Below, piece by piece: positions 12,201-24,700 of a DNA stretch of 64,000 bases. Numbering within the stretch: the stretch's first letter is position 1; each line of letters starts with the position of its first letter. The translations under genes were made by a program, and so were the position numbers. This stretch comes from Strigamia acuminata (taxonomy: Eukaryota): NCBI GenBank assembly GCA_949358305.1, contig OX442314.1, positions 27,962,001 through 28,026,000 of the forward strand, read 5' to 3'. The notes beneath the pieces were generated by a model. The model saw nothing but the letters and a program-made list of their open reading frames with translations, was not told the DNA's origin and searched no databases.

Positions 12201-14029
12201 TTAATAACCAAATATTTTAACCATTTAACATCAACATCAGGTAATATCACCTCAATAAGAAAGTTAATAAATCCACATGTCATTTTTTTAAAATTATTTT
12301 TCAAAGTGTACACAATTACTGGAACAAAAAAATTCTTCATTATGCTAATTATGTTAAGCTACAATGTGGTATTGTATGCATCACTCACTCTTTCAACATC
12401 ACGAGCTGAATACAATAGTATTCAAGACATATTGTTGGATACTAAAGTCAACTTATACTCTTACGGAAATCTTTTCGTCTACAAACACATCAAGGTAATA
12501 AAAAAATTAACCAAAACCACACAACTTGGATTATTAACAATCCTAGTGCCCACTCAATGCGACATGTTTACGACGCGGGTCTAAATTGACCAAAACGACT
12601 GAATTCAATATTTAGATTAATCAAAATGACTAAACTTATTATCTAACCACTGGGTGGCCCAAATAAAACCAATACAAGGAGAGTTACTAGTTCATTAGGT
12701 GCATTCAATTCTAAAATAGCTTTCAAAAACCGTTTTTCGTCGTTTTCCGAAAACGATGAAAACTGTTTTCAACATTGAGCAGCATTATTACCAACAGCTG
12801 TCAACAGCTTTCAACAGCCACGGAACATGCTCAGTCTGTAAATATATTTAAATATATTTAATTTGATAGTGTTATTATTATTCATTTAAGAACGGGAAAT
12901 CAGCCTAAAATTGGCCGCATTCGACGTGCAAATGCGGCCGAAAATTGGCCGCAATGCGCTCGAAAATTGGCCGCTTTCGACGCGCAAATGCGGCGGAAAT
13001 TTGGCCGCATTCGATCGCGCAAATGCGCCCGAAAATTACCTGCATTCGATCGTGCAAATGCAGCCTAGCTTCAACCGCATTTCATCGTTCTTAAAGGCAT
13101 AATAATTAAACAAATAGATTGAATAGACTTACATTTTTGTGCGTGCTTCCACCGCCGATCTATTCGATTACAAAATGGCGCCCGGGGAAAACAATTTGGT
13201 CTTGTCGTCGACGACAGTCCTAAGGACACGTAACTTCGACTCGATCTTGGATGCACACTCTACCATCTTTCTTCCTTTTTACAGTTCCAAGAAGCCCGTG
13301 CTATAATTCGTGACAGATCGAGCAAGTGGATAGTTTGCCGCCACCTTTCTGGCAGACTATCATTAACCGGGCCTTCATTTACGACTAGGCTCTCCTTGTA
13401 TCGTAACCGGCGCATAATTCAAAACCCGCTTACCCCTTTACATAAAGCTGGTTCATGACAAACTCAGGACAATTTTTCTTAATTGCAGAATGCAGAAACA
13501 AACCTTACACAGAAAATTTGGAATCGTATGGAAAGAAATACCAAAAAAGGAAACATTTCGGACGAGGAAGCTAAAAAACTGCTTTCAAAGAATTACAATG
13601 CCATCATCAGTACATATGTTAAACTGAAGAATAAATACAAATCAAACTGCGGATTGCATTATATAAAAATCCCTATTGTTTTCTCAGGATATTATATTTT
13701 TGATAAAAAATCGAAATATGTTGATTCATTTAATCAGAAGTAATAACTGTAGTGAATGAAAATGTCTTTCAATTTAAAATTAAACTAAGATTATACTTTT
13801 CAGCATTTTGAAGTTAAAAGAAACAGGAATCATAAACAAACTTAGCGATCAGTCAAATTCAAAACCAGCAACAAAATGCAAAAACAAAAAGTATGCCCAC
13901 AAACCGATCTCTATTTACCACACAATCACAGCATTCCTTGTAATCATTGGAGGAGTTTTCGTGTCCGGAATAATATTTCTCATAGAATTTGTTTTGGACA
14001 AAGTTTTAATCTGGCACCGTGCAAATTAA
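9224..14029 (+). CDS. Ionotropic receptor, array copy 2, ~575 aa, 11 exons
   Basis: Exons 9224-9287, 9361-9486, 9550-9692, 10109-10279, 11338-11493, 11559-11641, 11713-11773, 11982-12240, 12307-12494, 13489-13739, 13804-14029. Phases and most lengths match copy 1 and the frame is open (1728 nt). Intron 2 needs a GC donor. Confidence 0.88.
10308..10745. mobile_element. TA-flanked MITE (Tc1/mariner/pogo-like) in copy 2 intron 4
   Basis: TACCGTAT...ATACGGTA termini, absent from the homologous intron of copy 1, internal ~30-bp-arm hairpin at ~10465-10535. Confidence 0.75.
12907..13065. repeat. GC-rich ~34-bp minisatellite with self-complementary units
   Basis: About five degenerate copies of AAATTGGCCGCATTCGACGTGCAAATGCGGCCG in copy 2 intron 9. 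Confidence 0.8.
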
Positions 14030-14751
14030 TCCATCTAACAGCATTATAGTAAAAAGCTGTGGAAATAAACTAACTATAAATAAAGTAGGAATACATTACT
14101 CATACTGTACACTCACTCAAATGGAAAATAATGAATTAAAAACCTATATCAAAAATTATAGAATTGCTGCATCTACCCACATTTTCAAATATAATTTCAC
14201 GTCAATTGAGTTACTATCCCCACTATATTTAAATCATATTTTCTTGGAATTATAAAACAGAAAAGATCAAAATTAATTGGCAATAATAAAATCAATAAAA
14301 TACTTGTAAAATGCATAAATTAAACAAATAACGATAAACACTAACTTGTTACAAGATTTTTTAGCATGAGTGTATTAGAAAACTGAAGTTTTGTAACAAA
14401 TTCATGATTGTTTTTTAAAATATAATTTTCAAGTGTACATTGTGTGGGCCAGATACTGCACTATCCGAACAGCTCTAAAGTCCGGACAGGTTTGTTGGGA
14501 CCAGACTTATCTCCATCCTGACAGTTTGTTACTCTGGACAACCTTCTGGGACCAATCCTATGTCTAATCTACACAGAGTACACTGTAATTAAAACAATTA
14601 TTTTGAACAATTTGTGTAAATAAATCTATTCATTTACATCTTGACCGATGAACTCAGTCCCGTGTTTGAATTAATTAATAAATAAAGTAAACTACATACT
14701 CTTTTCACAAAAACAACAGAAAACTCAAGAAAATGCAGGATAAAAATTATC

Positions 14752-14901
14752 TATACTCTTTCCACACTCAAGGTTGACCCTGGAAGCTGGGCTCCCATTG
14801 GCCGAGCTATCTCACTAGTGTAGCAGTAGTTGCATTGCAGTACTAAGTAGGCCAATGGGAGCCCAGCTTCCAGGGTCAACCTTGAGTGTGGAAAGAGTAT
14901 A
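14752..14901. mobile_element. Short hairpin MITE
   Basis: Perfect ~52-bp inverted arms TATACTCTTTCCACACTCAAGG...GGCC separated by ~46 nt, TA-flanked. Confidence 0.8.
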
Positions 14902-15776
14902 CTTACGAATTACGAATACAGTTTCTTCGTTTTCAAACGATCCAAACTTTGAAGTTTTATTTGTGCTGACAATGCTGAACAGATGTTGGTCAATGGCCGA
15001 AACAGTATTGCGATTCCCTTCGAGTAGGCTTCCGTCTCCGTTACATGCCATTTACGATACAACGCTTTATTTCTCTAGAATTTTGCTTTCCGATCAAATC
15101 GTTCACATGGCTGGGTTGATACCAAATAACAAATTAAGCGCGCCTGTAATTCGTTTGTTTCTACAATAGAAATTTAGTTCATTCAAAATGATTCTAATTG
15201 ATAAACAAAATGAGAAATTTACCTTGTCAGGGCGATGAATAAATGCGCCATTTGGTTTCCATGTTTGAGTGATTAATTTGGCGGTTGTATTACGGCTGCA
15301 GTACGGACATTTGCGATCAGTCTTCTTGTGCTAAATTCGGAAAAAAAATGTCTAAAATTGAATTAAAATAAGTTAAAAAATAATAACCTAGTACTTCTGT
15401 ATTTGCCACGATTCACAATAATTCACAGAAATTAATTAAAGTGCACTGTGCAGTAGCTTGATCGAGCAAGATACGAAGTCAGACATGTTTCTCGACTGCC
15501 GCGCCGTCTGTCTGTATTTTATTGAATTTATAAAAATTGCACAAAACTTCTTTTTTAATTATTAATAATTAATCAATTAAAACAAAAAATATAAACACAA
15601 ATAAAAATTCAAGTACATTTATCTTTTTAAATTTATATTTTAGCTGCAGTTGCTAACATCAGTTTGATCATATCGTTAGTGGTTCAAGGAGTTGACACAA
15701 TCGATACTACAATAAGAGCAAAGAACATACGGTAGAAAAAATTATATACATTTGTTCTTGCAGCCAACCTTGGACG

Positions 15777-18700
15777 ATGAACATTACAAAAATTCTCTTC
15801 TTCTGCTTACTCTCTGCATATATCAACACATCAAAAGGTAAATAGCCTATACACATTTTTTTAAAATTCTGACTAATTAAGAAATTTTAAACAATACCAC
15901 CATATTAAAATAAATGAACATTTGTCATTTGTCTATTCCATAGCACGGGAAACCACTTTATCACACAATGTAACCTTTTCGGACTGCAATTATCAACTCT
16001 TTTCTCAATTATCTTCTATTATAAAAATTATCAATTTAAGAAGAATTCTCATCCTATATCAAGATGATTACAGTAACTAAATCCCTGATTTTATTTATTT
16101 TATATATTTTATATATTTCTATATACCGGATTTTTAAAACTCTAGTGCCAAACTGTGTGTGGAAATCGATTTATTCCAACTGGACTAACATGATTCAAAT
16201 ATCAGCACTTAGATTTTCTAATGCGTCGTTAGATTTTATTTACACTCCTTTTCAGTTGGTTCTCATGTGGATAGAAAGTTTTGAGCAAGTAAAGAAATCG
16301 AAGACAAAACTATACTGTAGGTGAGTCTTTAGACCGACAAGTAGGCGCATTAAAAGTTGACAAACCACAGGTTAGGATAGGCCAGCCAACAGCAGGCAAT
16401 AAGTAACGATCCTTTGACAGTCAAGTTTGTCAATTTAATGCTAGTGGACCTACTGCCATGTCCACTAATGCCGGTCGATCTAATGACCAGCACTACCTAA
16501 TAGTTTTTACATTACCTGGGTGTTTCAAATAACTTGCACCATCGTCTTTTTTTTAAAATAAACATAGGAATTGAAATAAATTTGACATTATTTGACATCA
16601 CCTGTTTAGTAAATAATAATAATAATACTAATACACTTTTTCAAAAAAAGTACGGAGTATAATTTTCTCAGTGACATTCCAGGGAGAATAACTCTGAATT
16701 AAATAATTTTCTCAATCAATGGAATCGAGAACAGCAGTTTCAAAAAAAGTTCAAACATGTTCTTTAAAATGCCGTTTTAGTCTAAATGACTTTATGAACA
16801 TACCTAGTAGAATAAAATTGATATTAACACTAAACTTTACTCGTTAAAGTTTAAAGTTAAATAAATACAATTAAGTTAAACGTTATTTAAATAGATGGTT
16901 GTATTAATTAAATACGCCATTGGCTTTTCCAAATTCATTACAAGTCATTCCAATTCCTATATATATTTGGAAAAAAACAATAATGGAACAAGTTATTTGA
17001 AAAACTCTGTGTACCATGGTTTAATGTAAATTAAATTTTGATTCCAGTTTACCCATTATCCTTTCATTTCGATTGAAAACAAAGTATTGATATTGGTCAT
17101 CAAGGAAACACGAGGAACTCTAGATGAAAAGAATGATCTACATCTGCAATTATTACAAGATCTAATCGTATGGAGACAAAATAAACTTTACTTATGGACT
17201 TATGCTCAACAACATACTAATGTAACAGTCAATTGTTAAAGAATACGTCGCAGACCGTTCATTTTGTTGGCTGAGCAAGAGATTGTTGAATTCATACTTG
17301 TTAGAGACTGACTCCCTAATCGATTGTTAGCCAACAAGATTAACTACATGCTACATCTGACCTCCAAAATAATATTACAAATAAGATAATATTTTTACTT
17401 TTAATTATAGAATTTTAGTTTGTTTGCACTTGATAAGCAGAATTTTACTAAAACAAACTTAAGCATAAATTGTGAAGTGCAACAAAAATGTTTCTTTGAA
17501 CCGACTTTGCAATCAAAATTCCTATTACAAAAACAAAACTTAACCATCGGACAGGTAAATACAATCTAACCGTATTTACCGTTATAATTATTGCTTTTTT
17601 CTACTATATACAGAATAATCGTAAAACAAAAATCAACGTAGTATTACTAATCGAAGAAATTCTAGATGACATATTCAATCAAATAAGTAATTTTTGGTAA
17701 AAGATTTTTTAAAAAAAAATTGGAAACCTTCAATCTTGAACGTTAATATTCTTGAAGCTCAATAGTCAACATTACTCTTAACAAAGATGCTGATGTAATA
17801 GAAATGCTGGAAAAGAAAGTATGTTCATATTTAATACAAACTGCTATTACAGGTGCTACGGATCAATGCTTCTAAATCAGATAACAATTACTCTGTATTT
17901 TAGATTTTGCTAGTAAACTGAAGCAAAATCTTGATTATACTAAGTGAATAAATGTTGCTAATATAAGGCTTGTCTAATCTCTAATCATAAGTCTAGTACT
18001 TTTAAAGAAGAAAAATGAAGAAGAAAAAACTACCACCAGGTTACTCTTCCTACTAAGTGATACGTACAAACTTTATGATTAGAAATTAGACAAGCCTTAA
18101 ATTAGCAACATTTATTTTGACTGTATTATAATTTCCTTTGTCCTGCTCGTTGTATACCAAACAATCCTGTATGCCGAAGTACTTGTAGACTAATACCGGG
18201 CACCCAGTCACTATGTCTAATTTAACATACTGTTACGTGGCCAAATGGCCAATAGTGACCACGTAACTTATTTACTTATTACTAAGAATCCTTTAGCTTC
18301 ACTAATACTAGCTGAGCTAAAGAGTGACTTAATTAGCTAAGAGTGAAATGAAACACAGCCAGAGTTTAAGATTGAAAACAATACAGTGTCTTTATTCTTT
18401 AAATCAAAACACTTAAATCATAAATACAAAAATGTAAAACTAAATCTAAACTTAAACCTAATAAATACTCCAAGATATGATTAACACTTTGATTCAATTT
18501 GGAGGGAAACAATCACACCACGCCATTTGCTGGCTGGTGCTAACTGTTTAGAAGCCCGGGATGGACTGAGCTCTAAGAGCCAAAGTGGCTCTTTTATACT
18601 AGAGTCACCCCCTGAGTTAATCCAGATTGACCAGCCCGTGATGTCACCATCACGTACGCTGGCTAGTGATAGATTTTGACAACTTCTTTAATTCTATCGC

Positions 18701-21700
18701 TGGTTTGAGCTGGTCGGCAGACGACGCAACTCAACCGCGTGACAGCCCCCTCTTTAAATTTTTTGGTCTCCAAAAACCACAGTACTCTAGAATTTAAGCC
18801 AATTATTTTATATGCTAATCATACCTTAAAAAAAATAATCAAATATATGAGTCCCACCCCAGTGTTAATCATATCTTTTACAAAGTACAACAAAATTCCA
18901 CATTTCTTTATGCACTATAACAATTCAACACTTTTTGGATTTTTCTTACATTTATATTACTTTTTTTCTTCGGGTTTTCTAACATTTTCTATAAAAAAAA
19001 AATTGTGAGATTTATATCTCAATTAAAATACACACAAAAAAAAACAAAGTATTTAAAATCAAAAGTTCATAGAAGAGGAGCTTTTAGCTTCTCTTTTTCT
19101 TCTTCGAATGGTTCCAAGGCCTTCTGGTGTAATTCGTAAAGAATCCGGTGGCGTAGATGAATCGGATGCGCATGGCGCATGTAGTCTCGGTCCACCAGAT
19201 AGCTTCTTGAAAATTATCCGTGTTAATTTCGTTTACAAACTTTCCAAATTTCCGCTCTATCTCCAATTTCAATTGTTTAATAATACGTACTGTCACACAC
19301 GAGCTTTCTAAATATCACGTTGTTAAGTTCAATTGAAAATTTTCTCCGGTCACAACAATATGCTTGTGTTCCCTTTGAAAACGTTCAGTAGAATGTAGTG
19401 TAATCGCGTCGTGCCTGTTTGCGTAGGCGGCGTGACCGGAAACTGCCAACTTCAGGTGGTCGCGCATGCGCGTCGTTTTCGACCGCACTTGCGACGCCTG
19501 GTGACGGTTTCGGAAGTTGATTTTCCTCATTTTTCGCCGGAAGTTCGTTCTCGAATAAGCCTCGCAACGATATTTGATCGTCATCGTCGATGAAACGTTC
19601 CGAAGCTGCAGAAATAGGTTTGTTTGACGAATTTACGTTGTTTTTCGCGATAATTTCCTTTCCGCTGTCTATTTCCTTCAAATCCTCAGCAAATGTAACC
19701 TTTTTAGCTGTTAAAGGCCTCATGATATCTTCTGAAAGTTCTTCTCTCATTTTGTACGGTTTCAGTCGCTCTATGTTCACAATGTCCATCTTTTTGCCTG
19801 ATGAACTTCGAATTTCGTAGTCATTCGGCGCTGTTCGTCGTACGATCTCATATGGCCCAGAGAATTGTGGCAAGAGCTTTTCGCTCAGACCAACCTTTCT
19901 ATTTGGTGTTTTCAAATAAACTAGCTCTCCTGGATCGAATTCCACGTGTACTCTGTCCAAATCAAACCTTTTCTTGCTTTTCAAACCTTGTTCTTGTATT
20001 CTTTCATTGGCAATTCTCCTTGCCTCCCTGATAAATCTGGAAGTACGCAAAGTGAATTCCTTACGAGGAAGATTTAAGTTGACATCCACGTTGAGATCTG
20101 CTTCATAACCTCGTAATAAATAATACGGAGTGTAACCTGTTGTTTCATGGACTCCAGTGTTATAAGAGAAGAGAAGAAATGGCAAAAATGCGTCCCAATC
20201 AGTATGATCTTTATTTACATAGCTCTGCAACATCTTAGCTATTGTTGCATTAAATCTTTCCGTAAGACCATTTGTTCTTGGATGGTATCCGGAAGTGGAT
20301 TTGTGAAGGGACCTAAACAATGCAGATATTTCCTTAATCATTTCATTTCTATATTCTGTTCCCTTATCACTCAGAATCTCTCGTGGGCTTCCTTCTTTCA
20401 GCATGACTTCATAAACAAGGGCATTCGCTGCTTCAATAGCTGTGCAAGCTGGTGCTGCTCTAGCTATTGCAGTGCGTGATAAATAATCCGTAATAATGAA
20501 AACGTACTTGTTTCCTGTGTCAGATGTTGGAAAACTGCCTAACGTGTCTATGGCTACTCGTTCGAATGGTCGAGACACTGTCGACCACGGCTGCATCAAT
20601 CCTTTTGGCGGTGTTGTCATGGTTTTTGCACTTGCACACTTCGGACATGAGAGTACGTAATTCCTTACGTCCCTATAAATCCTTGGCCAGAAGAAACGTG
20701 TTCTAATTTTCTTCCAAGTTCTACTCAGGCCTAAATGAGCGCCTGTAAGACCATCATGCATTTCTACTAAAACATCTTTTCTCAAATGCTGTGGAATATA
20801 CAGTAATTCTTCCGTGTTCAAGGAATTAAATTTCTTCTTAAACAAAATATCGCCTTGAAGTACGTACTGCTGTAGCGGACGTCTTCTTTTGCGCGGAAGT
20901 TGCTCTATTGTCTGCAGTGATGTGATGAGTTCCATAATCTTCTGATCTTTACGCTGCTCTGCAGGTAAATCGAGATTTTCGAGCAATAATGAAGGAATAA
21001 TTACTTCTTCTTCACTAATGTCCTCAGGAATCCTACTTAACGCATCGGCATCTGTATGTTTCTTGCCTGACTTATGCTGTACTTCATAATCATAGTCAAC
21101 CAACTGCAGACTCCATCGTGCTAACCTACCATTTGGATTTTTGACGCTTTTCAGCCATTGAAGTGCTGAATGGTCCGTGATGATGGTAAACTTCTTTCCA
21201 TACAAATAAGGGCGAAATTTCTGTATGCCAAACAATATGGCCAGACATTCTCTTTCTGTCGCGGTATAGTTCTGTTCGGCATTGCTCAATAACCTACTAG
21301 CATAACAAATCACATGCTCTTGGTTGTTAAGCTTTTGTTTCAAAATGGCTCCCAAACCGTAAGCGCTTGCATCCGTCGATATGATGAAAGGCTGTGCGAA
21401 ATTAGGGTGAGCCAAAACTGGCACTGTTACCAAAGCTGTTCTTAGTTGTTTAAATGCTTCTTCATGAGGCGGTCCCCAGTCGAATTTCTCGTCTTTCTTT
21501 GTAAGGTTGACCAAGGGTTTGGAAATATGAGCAAATCCTAAAATGAATTTTCTATAATATGAACACAAACCCAAAAATCCCCTTAACTGCTTCACATTTA
21601 ATGGAATTGGAAACTTTGCTACAGACTCGAGATTTCGTGGATCTGGTGAAATGCCTTCTGAATCAATCACATGTCCGAGATATCGGATTGTATCCGTCCC

Positions 21701-24700
21701 GAAAGTGCATTTGCTTAGCTTTACCTTTAAATTCGCAATTCGCAGTTTTTCGAAGACTGAGTCCAGATCTTGTAAATGTTGTTCAAATGTTTTAGAAAAA
21801 ATTATAAGGTCGTCCAGATAGGCTATACAGACCTTTCCAAGGAGGTTGCCTAATACTTTATTCATCAATTTTTGAAACGCTGCTGGGCTGTTACATAACC
21901 CCATTCCAAGGACATTAAATTCATAGTGTCCGGTTGAAGTGGTGAACGCTGTCTTCTCTCGGTCTTGTTCATTTATTTCAACTTGATGGTATCCTTGGAT
22001 TAAATCCATCATCGAGAAAAACTGGGCCCCTGCCAGTTGATCTAACGTGTCATCTATTCTTGGCAGTGGGTACACCATTTTTTTTGTAATTGCGTTCAAC
22101 CTTCTCCAATCAACACAAAACCTCCATTTACCGTCTCTTTTCTTGATGAGTAAAACTGGCGCGCTCCAGGGACTTTCCGATTCCCTAATGACTCCTTGTT
22201 CTAACAATTTTCTGGTTTCTTCAGCTTCTACTTCTTTTTCTGCAATTGAACGTCTATACGGCTGCAAGTGAATAGGTTCATGGTCACCTGTATCAATTTT
22301 ATGACTAAAGTTGGTTACTCTTCCTAAGTCTCTATCTGACATGGCAAATCTGTCCTGATTTTTCTGAAGTAACTGCTTCATTTGTTGCTGTTGGTTCTTG
22401 GTCATCTTACCTTCGGCTATTGCGGAGTCAAAATCAAAGCAATTTGCTTGTTTTTCATTCGACAACTCAACAACCTTAGAACTTGAGGAGTTAGAGTCAA
22501 AACAATTTGCTTGTTTTTCATCCATCAACCCAATATCAATAATATAATGTGCCTTACCAATCGCAGACTTCTCTTGCAGAAAAATGGACTTAGATGTTGG
22601 ATTCGCCACTCGTATTACGCCTTTGCCGTTCTCAAACTTTGTTAACGTCTTACAACACATAATACCAAACCTATCAATTACATTTCCCAAAGGTTCCAAA
22701 AACATTTCTTTCGTTAAAGCTGTGCTTAGGTTAACTGGAACTGCACATTCATGCATTGGTGGAATTGCTATGCCTTTTGTCACTCTTGCTACGTAATTCT
22801 GGTCCACATACGTCTTATTCATCGGGAAAACTGCTTCTAATCCACTTTTTCGGCCCACAAAGATTTTTTGTAAATCGTAATCAACAACACACCTCGCAAA
22901 AGTCATAAATGGATCCCCCAATAAAAGTTGGTAATTGAAACTTCTAACTATCAATACTTCTACTGAATACTGCAATTGTCCTATTTGAATGTTCAAATTT
23001 GTTTTACCCACTGGAGTTATTAAATCAGTTCCTATTCCTCGTAATCTAACGTTAGGTGTAGGTTGATAATCCAACTGTAATATTTCTGCTAACTCTTCAC
23101 TCAAAATGTTCTTCTTAGCTCCAGTGTCCATGACTGCCTTTATTTCCAAATTCTTTACAATTACCGGGATTTCCAACAATGATTCCGAAATTTTTATATC
23201 CATTATTGTAATGTTGTCCTTTTTCCATCTTTTCTTCTTTTTCTTCTTACTTCTATTCGGATGGTGACAATCTCTCTGTGGCCGACTTCTCAGTTTTCCG
23301 TCTGTTGTTGGGTGTTGACTGTAGTGCTAGGACCTTCTCTTCTACGTCTTCTTGGTCTTCCAGCAGTACCACCTCTATCCTGTTGGTACCTTGGTGGATT
23401 ATAAAACTCGCAAGTAAAGTGATGATAGCATCCACAAGATCGAGTATTACTATTATTACTATTATTGTTATTATTGTTAGTATTGTAATTTTGACTACCA
23501 CCTCTATTACCACCTCTCTGAAAATTCTTATACTGAAAATTCTGACCTCCTCGCTTCATTGGTGTATACCACTGGCTTCCTATCAAGATGGGTTCTTCTG
23601 ACGTCGGTTCCACCGTCTCAAGAGCTAATAACCGTTGCCTTAACCTTGCATTTTCAGCTAAAAGCTCGGCGTGGGTTAATGAGGTCTCCACAGTTCCACT
23701 CAGTTTACCTGATGTCGCTGGAGTTACCTTTTCATCCACCACCTTTTTGAAAAGTGAGAGCAGTAAATCCGCTGGATCCTTAACCTTATGGGTCTCGTAC
23801 AACTTCACCCTCTGTTCCATCTCTGCCAGTGTGGATGGGAATACTGTAATTATCATCTTCTTCATATCGGGTTTCATACCTTGATAAACATAATTGATCT
23901 TTTGATGTTCAGTGAGCTCCGGCCTTACAAAAGCACACTCAGCCAAAACTTTTTTCATATAGGCATCTGCTGTTCCTTCTGTATGCGACATAAAATGAAG
24001 AGTATTCAAAACATTTTCCTGGCCTCTACGAAATTTATCTTCTAGTTGTGGTTTCCACTCTGTCCAAGTCCATGTTGGATTTTTCTTGAGCAATTCCACA
24101 TACCAAGCCAGACCATCAGTTTTTAACGCTAATGGCAATTGTTTAACTCTCTCATCATCTGTGCCTATTGTTGCTTCGTAAGCCACGAGCCACTGATCAA
24201 TATTCCCTTTTTCCGTATCAAAACAAACGACAGGTCGCTTTTGTATCATCAAACTCTTAAATAAATCAGTTAGTACTGCCGTTGGGTCCGCCATCTTGGA
24301 TACTATTCCTTTTGATGTGGATCCTTGTGTATTAGTTTTTAATAAAGGTGTTTGTATAGTCCTTATTGGTGTTAGTAATTCAAAGATTGATTTTAACTCT
24401 TTTGGTCTTGTTAATTTCAAAGGTGAGGACAAATCAAGTTCTTGTTGCGATAATGAATCTTGAAATTGATCTTCCTCCTTTATTTCAACAACTGGATCTT
24501 CCTCCTTTACTTCCGATCCCGAATGTGATTTTGATTTCTTCCTAGTTTTGGTTATATTAGGGTTATCCACTAATCTTTGTAATTCCTGGTTCTGTAAATC
24601 TAGTAAACCGTCCGTTTGTGTCTGTGTAAGCTTCACTGGTTTATCCACTATTAAGCCTTGAAATGCACTATAATTTTTATTTCCACTACTCTATAATGCA

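Noticed and set aside
19411..24045. Numerous short + strand ORFs opposite gag/pol (likewise within elements B and C)
   Set aside because: Antisense shadows of long coding frames.
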